Assembly (NCBI RefSeq): GCF_009914755.1
Contig: NC_060926.1
DNA from: the human T2T-CHM13v2.0 reference genome, Homo sapiens
Reading direction: 5' to 3' (one strand)
DNA length: 64,000 nt
Made by a program: the position numbers and the translations under genes. Below the pieces are notes generated by a model, which was not told the origin of the DNA, made no database searches, and worked only from the letters and a program-made list of their open reading frames with translations. Every line of letters begins with the position of its first letter. Position 1 is the first letter of the stretch. Below are positions 1 through 12,989 of the stretch, in pieces.

Positions 1-1370
1 TCATCTTTTCTCTCTGTCATCTAAATTCTAGCCTGTCTTTGATGGCTAAAAGCCTAACATCTCTGTGGGCCTCAGAGAAATTATCTTCCTCTGCATTCCT
101 CCAGTTGGCATCTCTCACTAATGGATTAATCATATTACCCTCTCCTATTGTTATGTGCTTTTATGCATATAATCTTAGCCCCCCCATAGGACCAACTGTA
201 ATCCCTTTGAGGACAGGGGTTTGATCTTGTACCTATTTATAGTTCCCCATGTGCCTAGAGCCTCTTGCACACTGCAGGCTGGGGGAAAATATTTGCTTAT
301 GCTGATGATCTGAGAAAGATAATACTGCAAACAGGAGAAGTAAAGATTTCTTTGTCTTGTTCCATTTGGAATGAATTAGTGGCAGGTAATCAGTTAGAGG
401 TCAGTTCAGAAGGTTAAAATACGTGGACTTATCCCCTGTTACAGGTCTCTTATCTTTACAAAGATTGTGTTCCTGTTACTAACCTCTTTCTAAATCATTG
501 GTGTTGTTATTTACAAGAAGGACTGGGCCAAATATGTGAGGAAACATCAATGTATACTCATCCCTACCATTTGAAAAACAAGTTTTAAGTGTGTGTACCA
601 CTGATGAAGTATGAAGAATAACGTTCCCATTCATTCCAGAGTACTCAGGCCCTTTGCCTGGGACTGCTAGCTACACATGCAAAGTGAATTCTATATCAGC
701 ATTTTGTAAAGCCCACTATTCTCACCGTACCAGCTTAACTGCAACCAGTTATTTAATAGGATTCTAATTAATTTAATTCTCCACTGGTAGCAATTTCTGA
801 TGCACAATGTCTGTGCCTTTTACCTCTTTGCATCCCTTCCCCAGCACTTAACTCAGCAGGTTGCATATAGCAGGAACCTAATAAATATTTGTTGATTGAA
901 CAAATGAATGAGCCATACGGCAGATGGAGAATACTGGAGAGTGAATTCCTCAGATATGCCTCACAAAACCATACCGGTCCTCCCAGCATCAGAAATGGAC
1001 AGAAATGCAAGTACCACAGCACGAAATGGCACCAGCCTTGCTCCATAGTCTGCAGAACCAGAGCCCTCAAAGCAAAACCACTTTGAATAGACTTCTTAAT
1101 CAGTTTAATTAGCACTGCTGTTAATTTTTTAAGATGGTAAACTCAGCATTGGCATTACAAGTGGTAAGAAAATTTCAGGATGAGGTAGATACTAGGAGTC
1201 AAAAGGTAGAGGTTGGGAGTAAGCATTCTGTAGTTATATGACAGTAGTAGTACTATTTGCAAAACCTTAGACATGTCATTTAAAGTCTCTCTAAGCTTAA
1301 GTAGAATGAAAATAATAATAGTACCTATACCACACGATGATCAGGAAGAAGAAATAAGAACATGCATGGA

Positions 1371-1739
<369 letters not shown>

Positions 1740-3051
1740 TTATTTCTACTTTAACCTACGTTTTCCTCTTTACCAAGCTCTGGGCAGTCTGCCAATCAAG
1801 GACGAGAAGGGTTAGGTTCTCAGTCAGAGATCACATTTCAGAAACATCTGGGCCTGGATCTCCAGGCACCCGAAGAAGTTTGGTGCTTTGCCACCCTCAG
1901 TGAGATGCCGAGGCCCTGTGGGAAAGGGCTGCCCTCCGTGCTACCCTCCAGCAGGAAAAGGGGTGAAGAGGGACCCCCAACCTTAAAGTACAACCAAAGT
2001 GATAAGATGCACCCTGAGCACTGTACAAGCAACTGTGTAAAAAATGTGTGCATGACGACAGCTTTGGTTTTCGAACAAAAATCGCTTGCTGCTTTTTTTC
2101 TGTGACATAAGCTTATAAAGAAAAATGGGTTTACTAGCCAAAAGCAAAGAAAAGCCCACCCTTAACATGGACCACAACCCCACATCCCCGTGGCCATCAA
2201 GACTGGATGTCAACACTCCAGTCCCAAGAGGCCGGAACACAAGAATGTCTCCCACTGCTGTGACTGTTGCGTGCTGCTGGGAAGTAGGAGGTAGGAAACA
2301 GATTGTGTCCTTCCTTTTTCAGAGGGAGGAATGGGCCTTGAATGTGTCACATGCAGAAAGAGGGGACACCAGGTGGGTCAGCATGGCAATGATAAAGCCA
2401 AGATCATAACCCTGAGCTGTGGGCTCAGAGAACAGCACCATTTACCAGTCCAGACCAAAAAGCACAGGAACCCCATCCTCATCCTGCCCCCAACACATAG
2501 GCCTGTGTCAGAGGGAAAAGAAAATGTGCTCTCAGAGAAGCTGAAAAATAAAAAGAGTTCCACAAATAAGGCATATTGGCTGCAGGCAAATCCACACAAA
2601 GGACCGCTTTAAAGAAAAATCTCTTGTGTTCCTGAGTTCTGAGCTTTGGGTGAGTTTCTGAAGAGGAATATTTGCATTTTGGGTTTTTCCCCTTTGTGTG
2701 GTGAAGCAACAGGTAAAATCAGTCACTCTGAAATAGAAGCATGAGTAACTGCAAATCTTAGAGCCCAAAGGAAGCTAATCTCTTCCTACCTCTCAATTGG
2801 CTTTCTACGTATTCTAGAAGAGGGACAAATCAGCAGGGAGAGAGAAGCAGAAGGTTCAGAAATGGCAGCGGGAGTTGTCTGCTTGCATTACCATCTAAGG
2901 AAATTCAGGCAACTATCACTGGGGGAAAAATCAGGCAAATTACTTCGTCTCAGACCATCCTCAACAGGGATGTTTGATTTGCTGTTGCTCAGTGAGGCTT
3001 CCCGCTGTCTTTCTCCTATTTCAGGGAGGGCTTTGCCTGTGCAGGCTCTAA

Positions 3052-3490
<439 letters not shown>

Positions 3491-5067
3491 CTATTGGTTA
3501 TTTGGATTCTCTAACAGGATGTGATGTGGCATCAAAATTCAAATTCAGTGGGTGTTTCTCTTATATCTTGTCTAGAGAATGGAACAGATTGTGAGACCCA
3601 CTTAAGTCATTGGAGATGAATTTGGTTTGATGAGCAGCCCTTTTAACTTTAAAAGCTGTCTCTCAGCAATTCTTGGTCTCCAGGTTTATTTCTACCGTTG
3701 GAGGGGTGAATTAAAGAAGAATCCATTCAGGTTGTGACCTAAATCTTCTCCGTCATAGGAATACTATTTTAGAAACCTGTTTTCCGTATGGGGCAGGCTG
3801 ACATGTTCCCTGCTAGTACTGGCACTACCAAAACAAGCTTTTGGGTTTGTTCTTAAATCCTTCTGAAATGCATACTTTTCTGCTATTCCTATTTCTGAAT
3901 TTAGTGGGTCACTAGGGAGAGATTTGCCACTTGAATTCCTTTGCACAGGAGCTGGGAGACTTGGGTTCCAATTCTGACTCAGCCACTAACTGTGTGGTTT
4001 CAAGCTTGGCTATGATGTTTTTTTCACACTGTGATCTTAGGTACTTCACTTAATCTTTGGGCCCTTATTATTCTGATCTCTAAAATGAGTGATTACTAGG
4101 ATTCCTTTCAACTTCAGTCTATTCTTTTCTTATCTAATTTATAGAATCACAAGGAAAATTGATTCTATCATGTATATAAAAGTATTCTATAAAGCTTAAG
4201 TACTTCCTGGGAGCATTTTTTAAAATACAAAGCAAAAAGAAAGGCCATGTGGTTCGTAATAAGATATCCTAATTTAAACTAAGATAGAAAAACAGACAAT
4301 GACTGCTTCTGGATTTTACTGGAAGTGAGAAGTTCCATGACTTAATGTAACTCCAGGGGAATGCAAACTGAAGAGTACTGTCTCTCCTAGGCAGTCAGAG
4401 GAAAGAAATATAATATTGTTTCTCTGCTGGTTAGGAACTCAAGATGAACTCTTGAAGAAGGAAGGTGTGCTTGCATCACCAGTTATTTTGGAACTTCCAC
4501 CAGACTCAAAATTCCTCAAATCTGCTTCCTTCACACTATACTCCAAAAGGAGTCAAAGCTATGTGGCATACTGTAAGAACAGAACCAACAGCCTACAAAA
4601 TACTTCCATTCTAATCCTACTATTACTTCCGGGGACACTGATTTATAAAATAAGAATTATAAAATAAGAATTTTTAAAAATAGGAATAAATATAGCCATC
4701 TTCGTCAATGTTAACCTCACTATCAAAAAAAAAAAAAATCATGTCAACGCATACAAAACCTGAAAGATATTCCTGACCACTTGAAGGGCTTGGTTTTAAT
4801 CTGAATGCTCTTGGAAACTCCAAGCAAAAGTGCCCAGAAAATATGCTGCCAAGGTTTGGGGCACTCAGTTAGACCTCAGCAGATTCCAAGATTGCACTCC
4901 TTGCCTAAGAGTTTTCTTTAAATGATCACTGGTTTTTGAAACAATTATTTCTCAAACAGGCTGATATTCAACATGCTGGATGCTGGGTGCTGCAGGGGCT
5001 TTGAGTGTCTTTCTCTCCCATCATGGACCCCAATTCTAACAGACCTTTTTTATATAGTGTAATAATC

Positions 5068-5472
<405 letters not shown>

Positions 5473-5670
5473 TCATGTCAGGCAACCAATTTATCTCTCT
5501 GCAATCTGAAGTTCCACTCTGCAGAGAGGACACAGTGAGAACCCCTGGCAGATTTGTGAGCCTCTTCCCTGCTTCTGCCATTCATGGATAACCATGATCT
5601 TGACTCATCACACAGAGAGATGTCTTCCCAAATTGTCAATCTTGTATGGGGTTTCAAAAGTCTAGCCCTA

Positions 5671-6142
<472 letters not shown>

Positions 6143-6829
6143 TTATCCTCTTGCCCCTTAAAAATCCCACTTTTAGAGATATCCACTTATTTACAAACTG
6201 ACTCTGAGAAGAAATATATAAAAAGTGGGGGTAGAAACACAGACCAGAAATGAAAGTGTAGTGACCACCAAGTGCAGTTACAAAGGCTGAACTTGTCTCA
6301 AGACCCAGGATTGTTGTTTCAGTTCTGGCCTCCCTTTGGAAGTGGTGTCACTCTTTCTAGGCATCAGCAAGGAGTTCAGCACATTTAGGGAGGAAGCCAT
6401 CACAGAAACCCTAATGGTCTTATGTTTCAGCAACACATAGGCAGAGCATGGGGCAGGGAGAGGGTTTCTTTATGAAATAACTTCTTGTCTGGAAGTCCCA
6501 ACTAATTGATAGGAAGTCACAAACAGGCCACTCGTGCAATCAGGGTTATTTGTCATGGAAAAGCCACAGGGGAAAGGTGATGGCAAGGAGGCTGCAACCT
6601 CCCTTTCTCAGTGCACACATCTGTTGGTAGGAAGAGGCAACTCTGCATGCCTTTACCAAAGGCCATCCTGGGTCTGTATGTGTAAGCCACATGTGTGTGT
6701 CTGTGAACATTTATGACTTATGTGCTAACACAGGAAAAGATACTCCCTTTGATCAGTTAAACAGAGTTTGGTGAAATTAGCTCTGGACAAGAAACCAGAA
6801 AACCTGGCTTCTCTGCTTTCTCTCTTACT

Positions 6830-6992
6830 GATGTGGCCTCTGGCAAGCCCTTAACCTTGGTAAGCCTCAATCTCCACCTCCATAAAGTAGAAGTCGTGAG
6901 ATCTGTCCCAGAGAGCAGGTGAAATAATGCACGAGACAGCACTGTATACAGTATAAGGTAGTTCACTACTGTAGACAGTCATTATTTATTAT
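6830..6992 (+). mobile_element. MIR fragment
   Basis: tgtggcctctggcaagcccttaacc..gcctcaatctccacctccataaag resembles the MIR core and ends in a tatt-like tail. Confidence 0.6.
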
Positions 6993-8362
6993 GAATAAGC
7001 AGGAAATAATTCACATGCCAATTATTTGGCTATCTTTTCACTAAGCTAGGTAATCTAGCCAGAAGGTGGATAGGTAGGATTTTCCCCACTTAGGTTCACG
7101 GCCTGTATGTGAATCTACAGCACACAGGTGTCTGAGCTCTATTATTGACAAACCTATTTTAATTTGCTATATTGTTTCTAATTCTCTTCTGGATCTCCAA
7201 GCAGTAAAAAATACCAAACTGAGAAAAGTTCTGTGCAAATTAACTGGGCCAGAAAGAATTTTTACCACCTGTTTGTAGATGTAACTTATTTGTGGCACTA
7301 ATTTCTAAGGAATAGAGCATTGCTGTGATTGTCTGTTCTGATGTGAACTTCTTTCCTCCTATAATTTCCCCCCTCTAAAATCTGCCCCAAATTTCCTGAT
7401 GTAAGTACTAAAGAAGTTTTATGTTTGTTTGTCTGCATTAAGATATATTTCCTGAAGGTTTGGGAACCTAAAATTAGAATATTTAATAAGAAACTACTGA
7501 CATTTATCACCTTCTTTAGGATTTACCGCTCGCCCAGTGATGTTCTTTCCTAAGCTAAATTAAAAGACAAATTCAAATCCTGCATGGTAGCCACCAAAAG
7601 CATATATTTGAAAAACAGGATTCGGCGTGCCATATTATGCATTATTTAATGGTATGCAAATTATAAGTCAGACAGGAAAACCACACTTCAGCATTAATAA
7701 ACAGCAATATTACTACTACATTAATTATGATATTGCTATGATTTATTCCCAAGTTTTGCATTTTGATTCTCCTTGAAAATTTATGCCATCTGATAAGCGG
7801 TAACCTAGTTCCCCTCCTACATCTCCTGCCCATTTCTCAAATCTGTTCCTCCTACCCACCCGAGTGTCTGTAGGAAACAGGTACAGAAATACAAAATCAT
7901 AAGCAGCCTCATTGTCTTATAAGCATTAAAAATTAAAGAACAAGCAAACACCACCTAAAGCTCCAACATTTATTGTGTCAATGTTAAGCACACTTTTTAA
8001 AAGACAACATAGAATGTATAGAAACAAGGGGTTGGGGACTCATGCGCATTTCCACAATACAGGTAATTAGGTTGGCTGGTTTCAGAAGGGCCAGGGCATC
8101 ACTCATGACAGCGATGGTCCACGGGCCCTCTCTATGGGACTGATTCACTGTTCCAATGTGGGTCTGTTTTTTTGTTTTTACTTTTTATTAAAAAATATAA
8201 ATAAAATGGCGCTGCAGGCCTAGGCTGGAAGGACTCTGCAGGACTCTGTCTTCGCACAACGGCTTCTTGGAGGCTACTGTCAGAAAACATCACAAACTAG
8301 CAGGATGACAGACCACGCTGACGTCGACTGGGCGGCACGCGTCCACCCCACCCCTGGGGGCT
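6965..8362 (-). other. BCL11A: Exon 5 3'UTR (L/S isoforms)
   Basis: Downstream of the exon 5 stops; AATAAA on the minus strand at 8184-8189, 7969-7974 and 6985-6990. Confidence 0.7.
6985..6990 (-). terminator. Distal poly(A) signal of exon 5
   Basis: Plus strand tttatt; gives the ~1.5 kb terminal exon recalled for L/S. Confidence 0.65.
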
Positions 8363-8464
8363 TCAAATTTTCTCAGAACTTAAGGGCTCTCGAGCTTCCA
8401 TCCGAAAACTGCCACACATCTTGAGCTCTCTGGGTACTACGCCGAATGGGGGTGTGTGAAGAAC
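8363..8464 (-). CDS. BCL11A: BCL11A exon 5 coding part, S-isoform frame: VLHTPPFGVVPRELKMCGSFRMEAREPLSSEKI*
   Basis: Same acceptor read in phase 0 from the internal donor at 18080 gives 243 aa, the known S length. Confidence 0.88.
   Translation of the reverse strand, partial: VLHTPPFGVVPRELKMCGSFRMEAREPLSSEKI
8373..8464 (-). CDS. BCL11A: BCL11A exon 5 coding part, L-isoform frame: (C)SSHTPIRRSTQRAQDVWQFSDGSSRALKF*
   Basis: Strong polypyrimidine acceptor ...cctctttctag|GTTCTTCAC (AG at 8465-8466). Spliced from the internal donor at 16480 it gives 773 aa, the known L length. Confidence 0.92.
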
Positions 8465-11400
8465 CTAGAAAGAGGTTGGAGACAGAGGAGGGGGAAAAAA
8501 AAAGTACAGGTGTGACTTGGCCCAATGATTTTCTGTTCTCTAACTAGCTTTTTAAAAATTAGAACTTAAACCAACCACAGGTCGAGCCACTGGCATCTTA
8601 AGCATGATTTCAAACTCAGCCTCCCCTCCCCAAGTATCTCTGACCTCTGAGTCGTCTTCCCATGCCTCCCTCCCTTCCGTCCCCCCAAGGAGGACCCAGG
8701 TCCCCCCACCCCTGCCCAATTGTATGATAGTCCTAATAAACTCGGGACACACCTGGAAGGAAACACTTGCCCTTATGACTGAGAAAACTTAGTAAGAAAC
8801 AGTCCTTTGGTTGAGGAGAGCGGGAGAGGGAGGAGGGAAAGGGGACACCTTCTCAAAATAATAATAAAATTATAAAGAAACAAAAAATCAAAACTGATGT
8901 AAAAGCAGCACAACGAAAACATGAAATGTCATCAAGTTCAACGTCAAAGCAGCCAATGATTTACAAGAGGCGAACAAATCTCTGAAGAGAAAACCAGAAC
9001 CCAAAAGAGTTGCTCTCAAATTGCACCAAAAACTGCCTGTAGTTTCTTTCAAACATGCAGTTTTCTTTTCTTTTTTGGAAGGGGGAAGGCAATGGTGAAG
9101 GGAAGAAGGGAGTGGTTATTTTCCTCCGGGGTTCCTCCCTTGCTGTGGACATTGACTTGAAGCAGCAGAACTGGGAGTCCGGATGTGCCGAGGAAGAGGG
9201 CTACCACTGTGGCATTCCAGGCCTCGTTGCCATGGCGACCCGAAGCAGGGGCCTGGGGCCTCCTCTCCCCTGACTTGGCGCCGCAGGAGGCCCGGGGTCT
9301 GGATCTCAGCTGCTCTCACGCATCCCACCCCTGAGCAGAGCAGCGGAGACCTGGGCTGAGGGGCATGCTGCGTCCAGGTGGGTTCTGGGGAATCCCATTC
9401 CCAGTCCAGCGCTAAGTCACTGTCGTCGAGGCCCCTTTAGCTGATACCCCAATCAAACCCTTTCGTCCAACCTGCTACCAATATTCAAATTCTAATAGAC
9501 AAAGTATATCATGGGCATGTACCACGTTCACAGCTATTTAAAAGCACAGCCCCCCTATGGGTTTAGGGGCTCCCGCTTTAGAGGATACTTGGGGAAATGG
9601 CTTAATTTGCCTTTTCTACCATCCCTATGAAAGATCTGATACACGTGCTCCCTTGAAATAGTTTTTGCCACTTTACAGAAAGGAAAAACGTATTTGGATC
9701 AACCATCGAGCTGTGTTCAGCCAAGTTTAGGTTCTCAAGTACAATGACCCGTGTGAACTGGATTGGTCTCTTTCCCATTTGGAAGGGAGGAATTAATGGT
9801 ATCCCATGACCGTAGATGACGCTGGGAAATAGAGAGAGAGAAAGAGAGAAAGAGAGAGAGAAACAGCCCCATTCCCCTAAAGGCTGAGTCACTGGCCTCG
9901 TGCTGTATGTAGTAAATTAAACAGCGGGCTAATGGGATAACGAGATGCCAGCAAGCAGAAGTGCAGACCGGACAACCCATGTCCACAGTTCATAGCTATA
10001 GCAGCCCTAGAGTAAATACACATCATACCAATTCCCTCTATGTGTTCTGATGTCCATTTCTCTAACAATGGGTTCGTTTATTTTCTATTGGGAAATATGC
10101 AGGGCTTTAGGAGACAACTAGGAAAATCTGCTAGATGGCTCATGCCTTTTAAAAGTTAGCAGTCTTTTAAGAAACATTTTTCCAAGCAGGTTGAGAGAAC
10201 TCTGCCAATCCCATCCTCATATCGGCAAAGTTCCCACCATTTTTTTTTTATGGGAAGTTGTCTGAAAAAAAGAGAATGGGATGGGTACATTCCTGAACAC
10301 ACCAGGCCCAGGGACAATGGAGTAACAGAATCGTAATGAGGAACACACAGTTACAACACAGTCATAAGAAGTCATGTTCATGTGTGTACGGAGGGGGAAA
10401 AGAGGCTTAAAACAAGAAAACACTGTATTTCCTCCCTCAGTCTCTGTGAGCAAAGTACTACAAGCAGGAGAGGATGGGGCCTGAGGCTTCTCAACTCCTT
10501 TTCAGGAAGGCCCGAAATAATCCCAGTACCTTTCAGCAAACTGTGTCTGTGAATAAACCACCTCATTTCCTTATTTCTCCAATTGGAATTATACCTAAGC
10601 CATCTCCCGCCACTTCCTTTCAAGTTCTCACTTCTAGCATTATGATTATATACAATATGTACTTATTGCATATACAAAAATGGTATTTAAATAAACAGTT
10701 CTATATCTACAGAATGCCCTGGGAAAAACTCAACTACTTCACACTTTCTGCCATGGCCAGTGCAAATGAAGAACTGTGTTCACCTCACTTCTTAGCAACC
10801 TTTGTAATGTGTTGGTTCCAGCCTTTTTGTAGGTCCTAAACAAAGAGAGGATAGCAAATGGGTTCAGGAAGGAGGTAATATAGGCACTGGAAGAGTTTCT
10901 GGTTTAAAATCTGTGAGAAATAGAATTTGCGGTATTCCTGTTTATTAAGTTGTTCTCAAATGAAGATTAAAAAGAACATTTTAAGCATCAGTTCAGGTAT
11001 GTAGAGAACATTCCATCAGCACGTCAAGCCTGTTACAAAAACTTACTTGAGGATTTTAAGAGACATTAATGTTCTTAGTAGTTCCTCATTTAAAAAAAAA
11101 AGATCATGAATTCATCTTACTATTGGAAATGTGCATGTTATTTTATATTAAGATTTTAAATTTTAGAGTTCTGGATACAAAATATCATTTATAAGTGATA
11201 TCATGTTGGCTAGGTTCTCATGTTTCTATTGTTCATCAGCTTCAGAAATAATATTTTATCAGAAGGCGTCAATAAGTCAGGAGACTAAGTAACCTGAAGA
11301 ACCCATCTCCCAGTAAATTTATTTAACTTTGGGACCATGTAAATCAAACATAATCTGTGATTTATCACCAGATGTTTGCACTCCTCCCCATTCCCCATTT

Positions 11401-12989
11401 GATTTAAGAAATTTGAACAGACAAGTGTACAGTATCCACCATTAATTCTGTCTGTCAGGATGCAAAACCTAATTACGCTAAGAGCAGCATATACTGAGAA
11501 ATTAAAATGAATACTGTATATAAAACCTACACAGTTGCACTCATAGCTCCTAATAAAAGAGTAATAGGGACACACAGAGGTTTTATGGACATTTAATAGG
11601 GTGGAGTCGAAGTCACCACATCTAAAGCTGGCATGGCACTGGGGAATTATTTCTATCTGTCTTGAGCAGCATTTTGGATTCAGTTTTGGAGAAACCTAAT
11701 CCAAAACACATACAGTATATCTTTTCTAAGTTCAGTGACAAACATCAAGTTCTCAAGGTACCGCACGCCCACCCCACCCCACCTCCTATGTAATATTCTC
11801 CAACATCCTTTCTCAGTGGATTCCTCTAGCCCCACTCTCTCCTTCCCACCCAAACTGGCTTTTCAGAAAACATTGACTTTCTTTATACTTTAGAAAGATA
11901 AAACTATTCTTGCCTCAGATAAAAGGCATGACATGAAAAGGCCACCTCACAGGCACTAGGGCATAAGAACTGAGCGACAAAAAATGCTACCACAAGAAGA
12001 CAACAGAACGGCTTTTGTTTTGGTTTTTTACAAAAATAAGAACAATGTCGTATTCATTCATCTACACTGGGAACAGGGACACGATATCACAGAGGTATGT
12101 GTTTAGTAAAGCAAATAGATGCTGCAACATGCAGTATTTGTAAAAGTGACAACACAGATTTCTAAGGATTTTTAAAATAGACCTAACTGGCTGGTCAGAA
12201 GATAATTGAAGGGTATTCCCGCCCTTATTTGCTGTCATCCAGGAAGACCCTATCAAAACACCTAAAGTAATCTGTAGCATCTAGGGTTCCTGGGATCTCA
12301 GAACCACAAGGCAAACCACTATGCATCTCAGGAAATCAGTGGCTGATTCCAAAGATTTCACTATGTCTGGCTACACCCCTAGTGGCTGCTTTCTTTTCTT
12401 TCGTCTCTCTCTTTTTTTCTCCCTCTTTTTTAAACAAAACAAAACAAAACAAAACAAAACCTGATGCCTTTGTTTCCAGATTTTTAGATTTCAAAAGTGG
12501 GGTTATTTTGTTATGAGAAAAGACTCTTACATGGAAACCAAAGAGCTGATTTTTTTTAAAAAAATCTTTTTTACATTATGTTCTAAGATAAAGCAAGGAT
12601 GGGAGAATAGAAAAGAACTTTTAGACAACAAGAACAGCAAAAAATTTAAAGGAAATAAAAGTTTAAGATGCTATTACCAGCAAGTTTTTTCACTTATGTT
12701 TGAATGGATTTCTGCTAAGAGATGGAGTAAGTTTTTAACATCAGACTGAAAACACCTTCCATTTCTTGAAAACTATTCTAAACTGGAAAGCCTTAAAACT
12801 ATGTCCAGGGTTTGAGATATGTCTATTTTAATATAGTAAGTACTTTATGTTCCTTTAGGGTATAATACACGCATCAGAATGCCCATAGAAATAATCCTGA
12901 AAAAGACTGACTGGCCTTCTCTTAAAACCTGTTATTTTCTTGCAAGTAATTTACAGAGTGTGTCAAATGAGGACACAAGAAGCTTACAA

